A stretch of DNA of 63,736 nt, the filler included, from Atractiella rhizophila (taxonomy: Eukaryota): the NCBI GenBank assembly GCA_021432655.1. It is 3 parts of 3 records of this genome, joined end to end, with 100 filler letters (N's around TTAATTAATTAA, not from the genome) between each part and the next. Parts side by side here need not be neighbours in the genome. Positions count along the whole stretch, not along the records: positions 1 to 22,502 come from MU271815.1; 2 more parts are not named here. One strand, given 5' to 3'. Below are positions 1-11,759 of this stretch, piece after piece (positions within the stretch are counted from its first letter, which is position 1; each line of letters opens with the position of its first letter). The position numbers were made by a program, and so were the translations under genes. The notes under the pieces were generated by a model. The model did no database searches. It saw only the letters and a program-made list of their open reading frames with translations, and was not told where the DNA came from.

Positions 1-99
1 GGTGAAAAGCCTCCCTCAAATATTCGGAATATTCCTGAAGTGTGATCTGAACCACGAACCTTTGCTGGTTCAAGCTCCGGTTAACCCTCGACTCCCACA

Positions 100-284
100 A
101 CCAGCCGTCTCACACCGTCTCAGCCGTCTTCGAAAGAGGGTTGGTGATGAAGGACGGCACCCTGCCGTCCGCCAATCCCGTCCGTCTCCTGGAAAGGAAG
201 TGCCAACGGTCGCGGGACGGGTGGCTGAAAAAGCCGTCCGCCCCGCACCATCAGCCGTCTCAACGGTGACGTTGAACAGCCCTA
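100..284. mobile_element. Putative terminus of a hAT-family DNA transposon/MITE
   Basis: About ten CCGTC/GACGG subterminal motifs end in TTGAACAGCCCTA (272-284; revcomp TAGGGCTGTTCAA), resembling the TAGGG- start of Ac-like TIRs. The other end is outside the contig. Confidence 0.5.
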
Positions 285-293
285 CATGTGGAT

Positions 294-374
294 CTGCTCA
301 TCCCTGGTGGTAAGCACCTAGCATGACTATTATCCGAGACTCCTACCTGCTCATCCCTGGCGGTAAGCACCTAG
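294..374. repeat. 28-bp direct repeat x2 with a 25-bp spacer
   Basis: CTGCTCATCCCTGG(T/C)GGTAAGCACCTAG at 294-321 and 347-374, one mismatch. Confidence 0.9.
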
Positions 375-594
375 GGAGAGCAGGTCATTGACCGTTCGTA
401 CGTACACCCGTGTGCGGTGATCGTACCACACTGGATACCTCCAACAGGAGGCACACTCTTTGCATGGGTTCCGTGATGGTGATGGAGGAACTGGTGCAGA
501 ACTTGCCTGAGTATTTGATGGAGCAGAAAAGATGAGTTATTGAGGAAATGTCAAACATGGAGCTTTGAAGCTTTTGAATACAATGACATATGGC

Positions 595-1541
595 CTAGAG
601 AATCTTGTCAATCTTGCCAATGCTTCCATAGCCACCTTGAATCTTTGGTCTCCTCCCACTTTCCAGATACTCCTTGATGCGAGGACGCTCCATCTAAACA
701 GAGAATCGGGGGGACCACATAGTGGTCAGGTCATTCCCATACAGCATGATACTAGAACTTACCATCCTTTCAAATACCGTCCTCAGTCTCGTATGATTGT
801 AAAACACCTTAGAGTATGTGTTTCGATAAAAGAAGAAAATATCAAAAAACCTAAAATCTGCAATAGACGGCTTGAAAAGCACTAGTTCAGCCTCACCTTT
901 CTTACAAGTAGTAAAAAATACTAAGAATCACCTTTTCAGTTCCCAACAAGAACCCCTCTCCATCCTCGTTCCACTTCTTCACGAAAGCCTCAATGCGATC
1001 CATCTGGACGGGCAACGTCTCTTCGAACCACTTTCTGAACTCTCCCGATCCGGTCTTCACCGGCTCGACAGAGGACTCGTGCAAGTCCATCAGCTTCCCA
1101 TAAAGGGCCTCGACGAGAGCTGTAGTCTTCGGTGAGGGAGGAACGTAGCCGTATTCCGACGCGAGGAAGCGGAGGATCGCTCCGCTTTCAGGTAATATGA
1201 AGTCGTCGTACTATTTCTCAATCAGTAGAGTGGAGAGAAAAGGGGAGGAGTGTCGAGGAGATATTTACTTCTAAGACGGGATATAGACCGAATGGACACT
1301 TTTCGCCCCAATCTGGAGCTGATTTATGCGACTCCCAATCCTGTGGACCTTTGAATCGGTAGTCTTCGTACTCCGCTCCTGAATGGACATCATCAAGATA
1401 TTGTCATTTTTCTAATGGAGCGGGGAGGAGATGGTGCTGACCAGCATCTTCGAGTAGAAGACGGATCGGTTCGAGATACCCACAGACTGGGAAGTAGGTG
1501 ATTTTGATCTTCTTCGTTCCCATCGACTCCGAATATTGCAT
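595..1541 (-). CDS. Glutathione S-transferase, Tyr-type (sigma/pi/mu-like), multi-exon
   Basis: Spliced translation: KIKITYFPVCGYLEPIRLLLEDAG..CPFGLYPVLE..ESGAILRFLA..GFLLG..PSIADF..ERPRIKEYLESGRRP; stop at 595-597. Alternative start at 1523. Confidence 0.88.
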
Positions 1542-2134
1542 TGCCGAGACTAAAACGTAGTTGTGAGTTGTGGAAAGTAGACGAGACTATCGTAGACCTT
1601 TATATATCGTGGCTGGGAGGCGATCCATCAAGTTCTTAAGGGGAGAAATCCATCCCGCTTGCATTGCGGCTCCTGCTCCACTTGCGGTTCCTTCATTCAC
1701 AGATGCACATCAAGGTACATACGGGAGTACAATTCTCTATAGCCAAAGCGTCACCAATCACCAATAGTCCACCTAGGAATGAGGAGGAGGCGTCGACTGT
1801 TTCTCCTTTGGACGGGAGGGAGAACAAAAGTGGAACAAGTAGAAGAGTGAAGCTTAGCGGGTGAGTTAGGTTCTTGATTGCACCTCTCATGGCGATCACA
1901 ATGCAGAACAGATTTGCGTCTCATTCGACACTCTCCAGACGCCCCGAACAAACATAGGCTGCGAGGAGTAATACGAGTTGAAAGTAACTCGTTCTCCCCA
2001 CGTTCTCCATTTTGGTGGAGTCATTGCTGACCCAGCATTTGATCCTGCATCATAATATAAATTATAGGCTAAGGTCCGAGTCGTATACCTCAACCGCATC
2101 ACCATTCACAAAGTCGACATTGATTGCAAGCGAA

Positions 2135-2665
2135 ATGTCCCTTGACCTCTCTCACCCCTCTCTCTCACTTCGTTTCCTTCCTCAATCCTTCTTCATCTAC
2201 CGCTTCCCAGCCTCTTCTCCTCTCCCGAAGGAAGTGCAAATCAACCTCCTATCGCCATTCGGACCCACGGGCAAAACCAATCCATCATCCACTTCGACCT
2301 CTCAGCCTCTCTTCTTATCCGTCACGAGGACGGAGAAGGAGCTATCGATCGTGACTGATTCAGATTCATTGCTCGTTACCGAAGGGCTGGAGAAAGAAGG
2401 CCCATATTCTGGCTTTTTGATCACTGGTCCATTAGAACTCTCAATGACTGGTCTCGTTCTCCCTCAATATTCCTTTGAATTGGCATCAAGATGTGGTCTG
2501 ACATATTGTGCAGGTGTGATGGCTACTCTGTTGCAGCCATTGAAAAAAGACGGATTGTCCATCTTCGCTATCAGCACGTTCGACACGGATTATATCCTCG
2601 TGAAGGAAAAAGAAAAGGAGAAGGTCAAGGAGTCTTTGGGGCAGGCAGGCTGGAAATGGGCGTAA
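2135..2665 (+). CDS. CASTOR/GATS-like tandem ACT-domain protein
   Basis: Motifs FLSVTRTEKELSIV, GPLELSMTG-VMATLLQPL, IFAISTFDTDYILVK; in-frame 63-nt GT-AG intron 2451-2513. Confidence 0.85.
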   Translation: MSLDLSHPSLSLRFLPQSFFIYRFPASSPLPKEVQINLLSPFGPTGKTNPSSTSTSQPLFLSVTRTEKELSIVTDSDSLLVTEGLEKEGPYSGFLITGPLELSMTGLVLPQYSFELASRCGLTYCAGVMATLLQPLKKDGLSIFAISTFDTDYILVKEKEKEKVKESLGQAGWKWA

Positions 2666-3378
2666 ACTCGAACGACGTGCAATCTATCTGTAAAGGAAAG
2701 AATCAAGCTCTGCTTATCACTTCACTCCGTACATTGTTCCACAAAGTTCCATTCCGAGTAACAATTAGTTAAAATCAGGTGAGCGAACTGATGCAAATGA
2801 TAACCAATAATCCGATCTATAAAGTGAAGCCACACACGGAGATGTGACCACGTCGTTATTTAAAAGAGGCTGACTTGGGACCTTCTGGCGGAAAGTCTTT
2901 CCACGTGTGGAGGCTGCTAGGTTCCAAGGCACAAACTCATTTAAGGATTTATATTTTATATTGAGGGGATCTTCGAAAAATGCATCAGAGTAAAAAGAGT
3001 TGACACATACCAACATAGAGTCAGGACAATGTTGCTCAAATTTGCCTATCTTGGACGTTTAACATTATTACTGAGTGCCAAACACCACCGCAAAATATCT
3101 TCTGGTTCCAAGTATCACCTTTATTTCTCACAGAGTCGTTCTCCTTCCGCAGGCTTATCCGAAAGCGTTCCGCGTAGACGATACACGACAACGACTTTTG
3201 ATTTGCTCGGCTAAGGGTACTTCCACTTCCTTGGAATATCGGTAGACGAGATTCTCTACTTTCTATCAAAGCTGTGTTTTGCTCTTTCAAACGGGGTACT
3301 CTAGTATTTACAATTTGCGGAAGAAACGCGTTTCAAGAGTTGCACCATCCTTCAAGCTCTCTATAGGTCTTCTATGTT

Positions 3379-4202
3379 ATGAGCAACAGGACTGTGAACC
3401 GCGAAATTGAATCTTCTGAAATCACTGCACCAGTAGATGGTCGTATCCACACACCTGCTCCACTTCTATACAAATTCCCCAACTTCCTCCCTCTTCACCT
3501 TCAAGAATGCCTTCTTACTCATTTGGACGCGTCGAAAAGTTGGAGAGAGGTGCGCGGGAGGCGCAGGATGTGGCTGGGTGCGTCCCATCAAATTTCTACA
3601 AATCAGTAACGCTCTCATCATTGCTATTCGAAGGAGGAGACATGGTCACATCTTCGAGCGGGCAAAAGAGCTTCTGGCTCCCCATAGAATGGCCTTCATT
3701 CATCAGGGCCTTGGAGCTTCTTACCCTGCTGGAGGATAAGGTGAAAAACTTGGAAGGAGTAGAATGGCCAGAGAGAGGGATGAATTCTGTTCGTCGTGCA
3801 GTAGCCCTTGTGTCCGTCATGTTATGTCAGCCGGCTGATACGGAATCCAAGTGCCTGGTTAACGAATATCTGCCTTCCCAGGGCATACTACCTCATACCG
3901 ATGGTCCAGCCTATCATCCCCTGGTCCTAACACTCTCCCTCGCTGGTCCCGCCACTTTACATTTCACGCCGGACATTTTATCCGATCAGTTCAAGAATTT
4001 CAGGGCGGAAGAAATTCCGAAGTCGTTTGAGGTGAACGTCGAAGAGGGTAGCCTGCTAGTTTTGACGAAAGACCTTTACGAATGCTGGAGACATGAGATT
4101 CGAGGGGAAGAGCAACGAGAAAGAAGGGTGAGTCTGACTTTCCGTCGTGTGAGGAGAAGTGGAAATGCTGCGTTGGTGGGGCTGGGAACACGAAGAAAAT
4201 AA
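3379..4202 (+). CDS. ALKBH6: AlkB-family 2OG-Fe(II) dioxygenase, ALKBH6-like
   Basis: LVNEYLPSQGILPHTDGPAYHP (HxD), WRHEI (distal His), RVSLTFR. N-terminal exon is in ORF 3379-3609. Confidence 0.85.
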
Positions 4203-4387
4203 ATCGAATCGAAGATGTATTTCTAATTTTTATGAAGCTCTTTCAATTGTCTTTCCGTTCAACAAAAGGTAAATGATAACTGAGAATTGTTATTCAGGTG
4301 TTCTACTTGATCGAGTTGATTTTAGTCGTTAACATGTAGCATCACTGAGTCTGTATGTCGTAAAATTCTATTCGTCATGAATTCCTG

Positions 4388-6296
4388 TTATCGGTTGCCT
4401 ACGAATCTTGACATTCCCCTAATCCTGTTGTAACCACATCATTACGAGTTCGAGTCAAGATAGAGCTGGAGACAAAGCTAAGTGCTTACTTTTCTCCATA
4501 GCGATAGAAGAGAAATGGCACGCAAGCAAGTGCAACTGATATGAAGCCTAGAAGGGAAGTCCCCCAATCGACTCCAAGGTTATGAAATAAGGCTATAACA
4601 TACTCCTTCAGTACTATCGTATGAGTGGAGAGGAGGCATCCTACGTGCTGCGACTATTGGGAAGACCCCTGCTGTTATACTACGCATGATCGTGTTAGCC
4701 GCTAGATAAACAGAAAATCAGCTCCATCATCCGCCTGACAAAGAAAGTGGCACAGACCGATGGCGCTAGCCGCATACTTCTCGTATGCATCGATAAGGTA
4801 ATTCAATCCGCTCTGGAAGACGAGGAGGAATGGGATGCCCAAAAGGTAAGCAGCAACGACGGAATTGGCTGGATGAATGTCTTTATTGCTAGTCCATGCA
4901 AAATAGAAGAAGGCGATCGGAAACATCACGCCTCCTAGCATCATTGGGGGAAGACGTCGTTCCGGCGCTGCTTTTCCGCCGTGCGAGGAAACGTAGGGGA
5001 TGTAGAAGCGTAGATTGTAGAATATCAGAATCCCGCCGGCTGTTAGCATCCCAGCGAGGACGGCGAGAAATGGAAGTGCCGCCTCGAGTGGGTTCCAGCC
5101 TCTATTTTCAGAGAATTCGATGGGGAAAGCCTCGAAGGTCAGAAAGAGAATGCCTGTATCACGTTTAGATCTTTATGATTTAAGAATCGGGTTACGAACC
5201 GAAGGTAAAGGCATTGTAGGTGCATACAAGTGCACAAATGGGTTCTAGAACCAGCATTTCAAGCGGTCGTCTCACGGTCTTCTCAAAGAACTCCGCAATG
5301 CCATGATCCTCCATTTCCTGCGCAGAATGTAAAGCCCAATTTTTCGTCTTCAACCTTAATCGTTTTGCTTTCGCCGTTAGGATGGCCGGCGCGAAGGTTT
5401 CTGGGAGGAAGAAGACGTCGACGACGAATATGGTGGAAATGAGTATCAGTGTGATCCATTGTGTCCATCGCCAACCTAACGAGGAGTCCTGAGAGACTGC
5501 AGCTCCAACTATAGGTCCGAATGTCGGTCCACCAACAACAGCGAAGCTGTAGAGGACGATTGCCTGTTCCCAAGCAGTCAAACATGAACAGGATATCAAA
5601 AGAACGACGTACTATTGCGCGCGTTTTTTGCTCCCAAAGGTCGCTCAAAGCCCCTCCGACATTAGTGACCGGAGCACTGGCCGCTACTCCAGCGAAGAAA
5701 CGCGTTATCAATACTGTTTGAAGGTCTTTTGCGGCTGCCGTGCCGGCCGTAAAGGCAATGAAGAAAATGTAGGGGAGGAGAACTGCAGGTCTCCGTCCAT
5801 AGGTTTCTGACATAGGACCCCACAGAATTGGTCCAAGAATAAATCCTACAGACGGAAAGTGAATTCAAGCTACAGTAAAGACAGAAAGGGAACAAGTACC
5901 AAAGACAAAGAAGCTGACAATCAGGATGGCCACTTCACGTCCAATATCGAACTCCTTCATTACTCCAGTCACTCCAGCAGCTATGCAAGAAGCAGAGAAG
6001 GTAGCGCCTAACGTGGTGCACCCAAGCATCATGGTCACGGTCCATTTTCGAGCAGTAGTCCAATTTTTGGGATTTGCTGGGTCGTCTGCACCATCAAACG
6101 TGACTAAGTCATCGAGGTATGCACCGTGCGCCTTCTCAACATCTTGCTCCACGTCTGTGGTCGAAGTAGAGCTCGATAATCGTGCCCTCTTCTCCATATT
6201 CCCCTCGACATTCCCTATAGCGCTACTTTTCCCTCCAACATTTGGTTCTGACTCTAGTGAGCTGGCTGTATTCAAGTTGGATATCGTGTCTTTCAT
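4388..6296 (-). CDS. MFS DHA1-family drug/polyamine:H+ antiporter (Tpo1/Flr1-like)
   Basis: FDGADDPANPKNW, MSETYGRRP, WRW, PETFAP, PERRLP, NYLIDAY, PFLFYRYG; last exon IRGMSRFVGNR* ends at 4388. Confidence 0.92.
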
Positions 6297-6618
6297 GACG
6301 TCTGACTGTTACGCCGCACAGTGGGATATCAGGGTTTTTATACCCTCCTCAAACTTCGTCACCGTAATGGTAGTATGGTCGTTTTGAATGCTTCATCTTT
6401 CTTTCTTTAGAACGAACGGTTCAGACGGTCGAAAGCGGGAAAGCCTTCTTCATCTTCGGATTCTTCGCATGCTTGCAATTCTCGCAAAGGAGGAGGATCC
6501 GTCGTGCGCGTGCCGTGCCGACATGGACAACCCGAAACGAACAGTACTCAGTACGTCGGTATTTTCTTGATTTGGTCAAGCAGCCTGAAAACATAACTTA
6601 CCACATCAACAAAGCAGC

Positions 6619-7043
6619 ATGAGGTTGGCTGTTTCTACTCTTGCCAGGTATTCAAATGCTGAGTCAGTCGGGAATAGCAAACATACCTCTGCCCTGCGGC
6701 AAGACGAGGAATTTGAGCGTCAAAACGAGGAGCGCTTACAATCTCTCCATTCGAAAATCAAGACACTCCGTTCTGTGCGTATTGCCCTTTCAGGATAGGA
6801 CGGAAATGGTAATTGATTCTTCTGGGTATATAGGTCACTATAGACATCCACTCCGATTCCCAATCCCAAAACGCACTCCTTGACACCACCTCGAACACGT
6901 TCGATCGCTTCACATCCGCACTACAGAACACGAGCACAAGGCTAACAAGGAGTGTGAACGGGAAGCATAGTCAAACTAAAATCGTTTTGTATATTGCAGC
7001 TGGGTTCTTGGTCCTTTGGATTCTGTATCGGTGGTTTGTTTAA
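6619..7043 (+). CDS. BET1: Bet1/Sft1-like Qc-SNARE (absent from the ORF track)
   Basis: Exons 6619-6623, 6678-6773 and 6834-7043 give MSKHTSALRQDEEFERQNEERLQSLHSKIKTLRSVTIDIHSDSQSQNALLD..., ending in TM IVLYIAAGFLVLWILYRWFV*. Confidence 0.85.
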
Positions 7044-7495
7044 GTCTTTGGGTTGTCGACGTCAGGTGTGTCCTCTCTCAGAGATAGAAAGGAGAGGTTG
7101 TACATATGTCTATTCAGTCTCTCAGTCAATACCCATCGTCGTTCTTTTGTTTCCTCCTCCATCTTAATGGCCTGATGGCTTTTCAAGCTGCTAATGACCC
7201 CACTCGTGCAAGGCCACCTCTTGGCTTGTTCATCCTTTGTCAGCCAACTTTATGATGAACTGCAGCGCGAGCGCGAGCGCTTTCACTAAAACGGTTTAAT
7301 TGGCTTTCACTTCAATGGTCATGTTGTAGGTTGAGTCATGAAGCCGCAAGAGCGAATGTGCGAAGGTGCGAAAGTCGATGGTGTCGCCCCCGTGCCCGTC
7401 CCGGCGGCTCTTGGTTTGCGATTTACTTATAACTTGCCCCTCTCGTGAATGTCCATCTAATCTATTTCTGCTACTCCCAATAACTAGGTGTCACG

Positions 7496-9851
7496 ATGGT
7501 GCTTCGACCGCTTGTCCCACTCCTCACAAACTCAGGCATGCAACTGCCTTTGCCCCACACCGTGCTCTATTCCCTTTTGGTCTCCTTCCTCCTCCCTCCT
7601 CTCCCCCTCCCGAAAATCCTCACGTTCATCATCTCCATCTTCGTGATACACAACCTATCCATCTTCACCGCCGACTGGAACGAAGCGCGTAATGCAAGGC
7701 GATACAATGCCAGAGTCGTACCTAAGAGCGTTCCCAAGCGCAGGTGGATTCCTGGCTCAGAGATTGCTAGAATGTTCGAATTGGGTAAAGCAGCAAGGAA
7801 ATTGGAGCCTGGTGAATTGGCAAGCATCCAGAGGGACAAGTTCGCCTTCTCACCCCCTGGCCTCTACGGGCTGTACTGACCTGCGTACTTGATGAGCAGG
7901 GTCGGAGCGCCAATCATTAATTCTGTCGTTCCTGGGTTAGTCTATCCTTTCATCTTTTGGCAGCCAGTTTCTCAGCGTCCGACCTCAGGCGTTATGCCAT
8001 CTCGACATGGGAGCCGAATCATATGAAGCAAGTGCTCACAACCAACTTTGAGAACTATGGGTATGTCGCTACGTAATCCTTAATACTGCTTCCTAACGTT
8101 GAATCCAGGAAAGATAAAACATTTATAACCAACCTAAAAGACTTCCTTGGGGACGGAGTATTCAACAGCGACCAGGTTTGTTATTGTTCATTGAGCCATT
8201 AGATTAGTATGACAAGTTGAAAATAGAAAGGGCTTTGGCAATTTCATCGTACGCTTACTGTAAGCGGTCCACTACCTTGGTCTCGTATTTGACTTTAGTT
8301 TATAGCGACCACACTTCTCAAAGGACGAAGTGAACGATTACTCGCACTTTCGTCAACATTGTGACAAGCTCCTCGAATATTTCTCCCGCGCTGCCTCGAC
8401 AAACAGGGCCGTGGACGTACAGGAGGCTTTTGGACGGTTTACCATCGATGCTGGCAGCGAGCTTTTCTTTGGTGTCTGTCTCGATACTCTGAAAGAGCTA
8501 GAGGAGGGAGACGGAGAAGGGACGCAATTCTTGGAGGCTTTTAAAAACGCGCAGGATCACGCCGTGGATAGATTTAGCCGGCGTACGCTAATGTTTCCAT
8601 CCATGTTGCAAATGTGCTGAAGTATAACATGGCGCAGCGGTTTGGTGGTGGAAACTTAGGGAGCTGTTTCCTAACAATCAGAGGAACAACATCCATGTCC
8701 TGAGCAAGCGTAGCAACAAGATTATCCAAGAGGCTTTGGAAAAACCGAAAGCGACTAGCGGCACCGATACACTCTTGTTACATCTCGCGTCTCAGACAAA
8801 AGATGTGGACCTCATCCGCTGCGAGATTATTAACATTCTTGTCGCCGCTCGGTCCGTACCCTACCTCTGCCATTATAGTCACGCTCATGTCAAGCATACA
8901 CAGGGATACCACTACCACCTTACTGAGCGCAGCCACGTAGGCTTCATTTCTACATCTTCAATCCAACTCGTTAACGCGGCGTTGAAATAGGCTTGAACTT
9001 AGTCACAATCCTCACATACTGCGACGACTTCAAGAGGAAGTCACGAATGCCATTGGACCCGATCCGACCACTGTTAACTACGAGGATCTGAAGGAGTGCA
9101 AGCTCCTTCGCGCCGTGATTAATGAAACGTTGAGGGTGTATCCTCCAGTCTTTGGAAATGCTCGTTATGCATTTGAGGCATGCTGTCTCCATTTCTCTCA
9201 AGTCAAGAATCAGGACTGATTTGCCACGCAGGAGGATGTTTTCACAATTGGCGAGGATAGGTACTACATACCTAAAGGGTGAGCATGGTTTGTCATTAAC
9301 GAATGCAACTGATGGAATACAAAGTGCGACAATCCGGTATCAAATTGGACCAATGCAAAAGCGCAAAGATCTTTGGGGTGAAGATGCAGAAGTTTGGGAT
9401 CCCACTAGGTACTGCTTCTTCCCTATGCGATCAACCAGCTACTGACAGTACATCTACACAGGTGGCTAGACGAGAGGATCAAGAGATACACCTCGCAACC
9501 TTTCATTTTCCAACCTTTTTCAGGTCGGTCCTCTCTTCGCTTCTTCCTTATCCTACTCCTGAGCAACACCTGTAGCTGGCCCGCGAATCTGTTTGGGTCA
9601 GAAATTTGCAACCAACGAAGCGACTTTCGTGCTCGCTCATCTCGTCTCCAAGTTCTCCTCTTTCAGTCTCGCCGAGGACGTTCAGCCGAAGGACACGGTG
9701 CTTCCTAATGGAAGAGTGAAACTAGGTTCTGGACTCACGATTTATTATAAGGGTATGCAATCTTCTTTATCCAGCTGGAGAGAGTAATGACGACTTGTTC
9801 TTAGGAGGGGTTTGGATGCGTTTTTTTACGGAAAACGGTGCAGAGAAATGA
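7496..9851 (+). CDS. Cytochrome P450, CYP63/CYP52-like (alkane/fatty-acid type), many exons
   Basis: N-terminal TM, FLGDGVFNSD, I-helix ILVAARDTT, ETLR (ExxR), WDPTRW, heme motif AGPRICLGQKFA. Confidence 0.92.
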
Positions 9852-10292
9852 GTACTGGAGCAATGTTTCATTGGGATGTTGTGCTAAATCGGTAATAAGT
9901 CTCTTCATGCGTCTCCTCATATTTGTAGCAAGTACATAGGTCGCTTCTACCATGTAATATTAATTCTGGATCTTGACTAACATACGTAGGAATATTGAAT
10001 TAGATTGGCAGTGATGATTGGTGGTGGCTAAGACATTGAAGGGATTCACACAAGTGGTAAGGCAATGTTACTAAGGATGACTGTCTCCTTTGATCTTTCT
10101 AGGATTGAAAGTGAGAGCACAGGTTTAGGAAAGGGGGAGTTGGTGGTGGGTGCTAACCAGAACAAGTATCGATGTGCTAGGTTCGTTCAAGTTGCGCCAG
10201 CTTTGCTTCTGCAAAACTTTTGCATTCCAGACTGCTAAGATCCCTGTTGCATGTCAGTTGGCAATGTACAATTATCTAGCCTGTTACACTAT

Positions 10293-11381
10293 TTATTCAG
10301 TCAAGACAACAATTTTTCCTCCGGCTTCATCAGAGTCCATACATCTGTGAGCCTCTACAATTTGATCAAATGAGAAGGTCCTCCCGATGTTTACCTTCAA
10401 AGTCCCAGCTTCGACCTGCTCAAGCATCTGTTGGATCGGGGTGCTAAGCCAAGCCGGAGTCCAACCGCCATATACGCTCAAACAGACGCCGACAGGAATG
10501 TGTTCCATTGGATTCCAGTTATCGAGAGTCCATCTACAGAAACGTAAGCAGTGCTTCAGGAGATGAAGAGGCAAAGTTCACGAACTTGTTGCCCACTATA
10601 CCGGTGATGCAGACTATTCCTCCCTGCTTTGCACATGCAAGAGAATCGTCCATAGTCACGACCCCGACGAGCTCGAGCACTTTATCGAACTTTTCTTCCT
10701 CTTTTATCTTCTTCACTATCTCTCCATCATCCAAGATGAAGGCATCGGCTCCAGCTTCCTTCACAAGTTGCTCTCTATCTGCTCGTCGACTGGTGGAAGC
10801 GATGAAGGAGGCTCCCATTTTCTTCGCAAGACCGACTGCAGCAAGTCCCACGCTGGTAGTTCCACCACGAATCAAAAGTCTGTCGCCTTTCTGGATCCTG
10901 AGAGTCGTCTTGAGACTTCCATAAGCGGTTTGCATCATTTCGGGGAGCGCGCCGATAATTGACCATGGCAAGGAGGTGTGGATGATTTGACATTGGGATG
11001 CAGGGACGATCAAATGGGTCGCGTATCCGCCATCAAAGTCGCGACCCATGCCGCCCATGCAAGTCGCCACCTTGGACCCAATAGGGTACCTTTCCCCGTT
11101 CCCTGGAGCCCCGACGATGATGCCTGTCGCTTCAATACCCAGGACACGAGGGAACTTCACGTTGGGTGAGTGGCCCTGACGGGTGAACATCTCGCTTCTA
11201 TTGAGACCAAATGCTTTCACCTGCAACAGGGTCGGATACTTCTTTTGATAGGATGAGAGCGTACCTCGACCAACAACTCTCCAGCCTTTGGTTGCGGAAT
11301 AGGTCTCTCTTCAATTCGGAGCACCTCTGGACCACCAGCTTCGCGTATCACGGCAGCTTTCATTTTGTTAGGAGGAGTCAT
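10293..11381 (-). CDS. MDR-family NADPH:quinone oxidoreductase (zeta-crystallin-like)
   Basis: MKAAVIREAGGPEVL, VKAFGLNRSE, LLIRGGTTSVG, GKIVV. An upstream in-frame ATG exists at 11465. Confidence 0.92.
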
Positions 11382-11759
11382 CGTCAAACAAGCAGGCGAG
11401 AATGGTTGAAAGGTAAGAGCTGGTTTGATGAGTGATCTGGATTTGGATAGGAAAGAAGAGAACATTCACAGGAGCCTTAAGACTTGACCGAGTAATGAGT
11501 ACTGAGTACTGAGCGCTGAGTCGTCAGCTCCATCAATGTGAAACGTAAGCTGGGGCCTTTGAAGACAGCGTCCACATTGACCAGTCATCGGAGGTGGCGG
11601 GGAAAGAAGGCAAAGCGGATGGAAGCGGTTGAAGCGTGAACAGGATGTCCCCGACTAGTAAAGGTTTACTCCGAGCTTACGTTCTGTGGGCGACGCCAGT
11701 CGGGAATCGCGAAATCGACAGTGCTGAAAAAGCAATCGCTATTGTTGACGGTTCACTAC

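Noticed and set aside
294..374. CRISPR-like repeat-spacer-repeat
   Set aside because: Only two repeats, eukaryotic context, no cas genes.
1570..2105. Small ORFs between the GST and ACT genes
   Set aside because: No motifs; likely a divergent promoter or UTR region.
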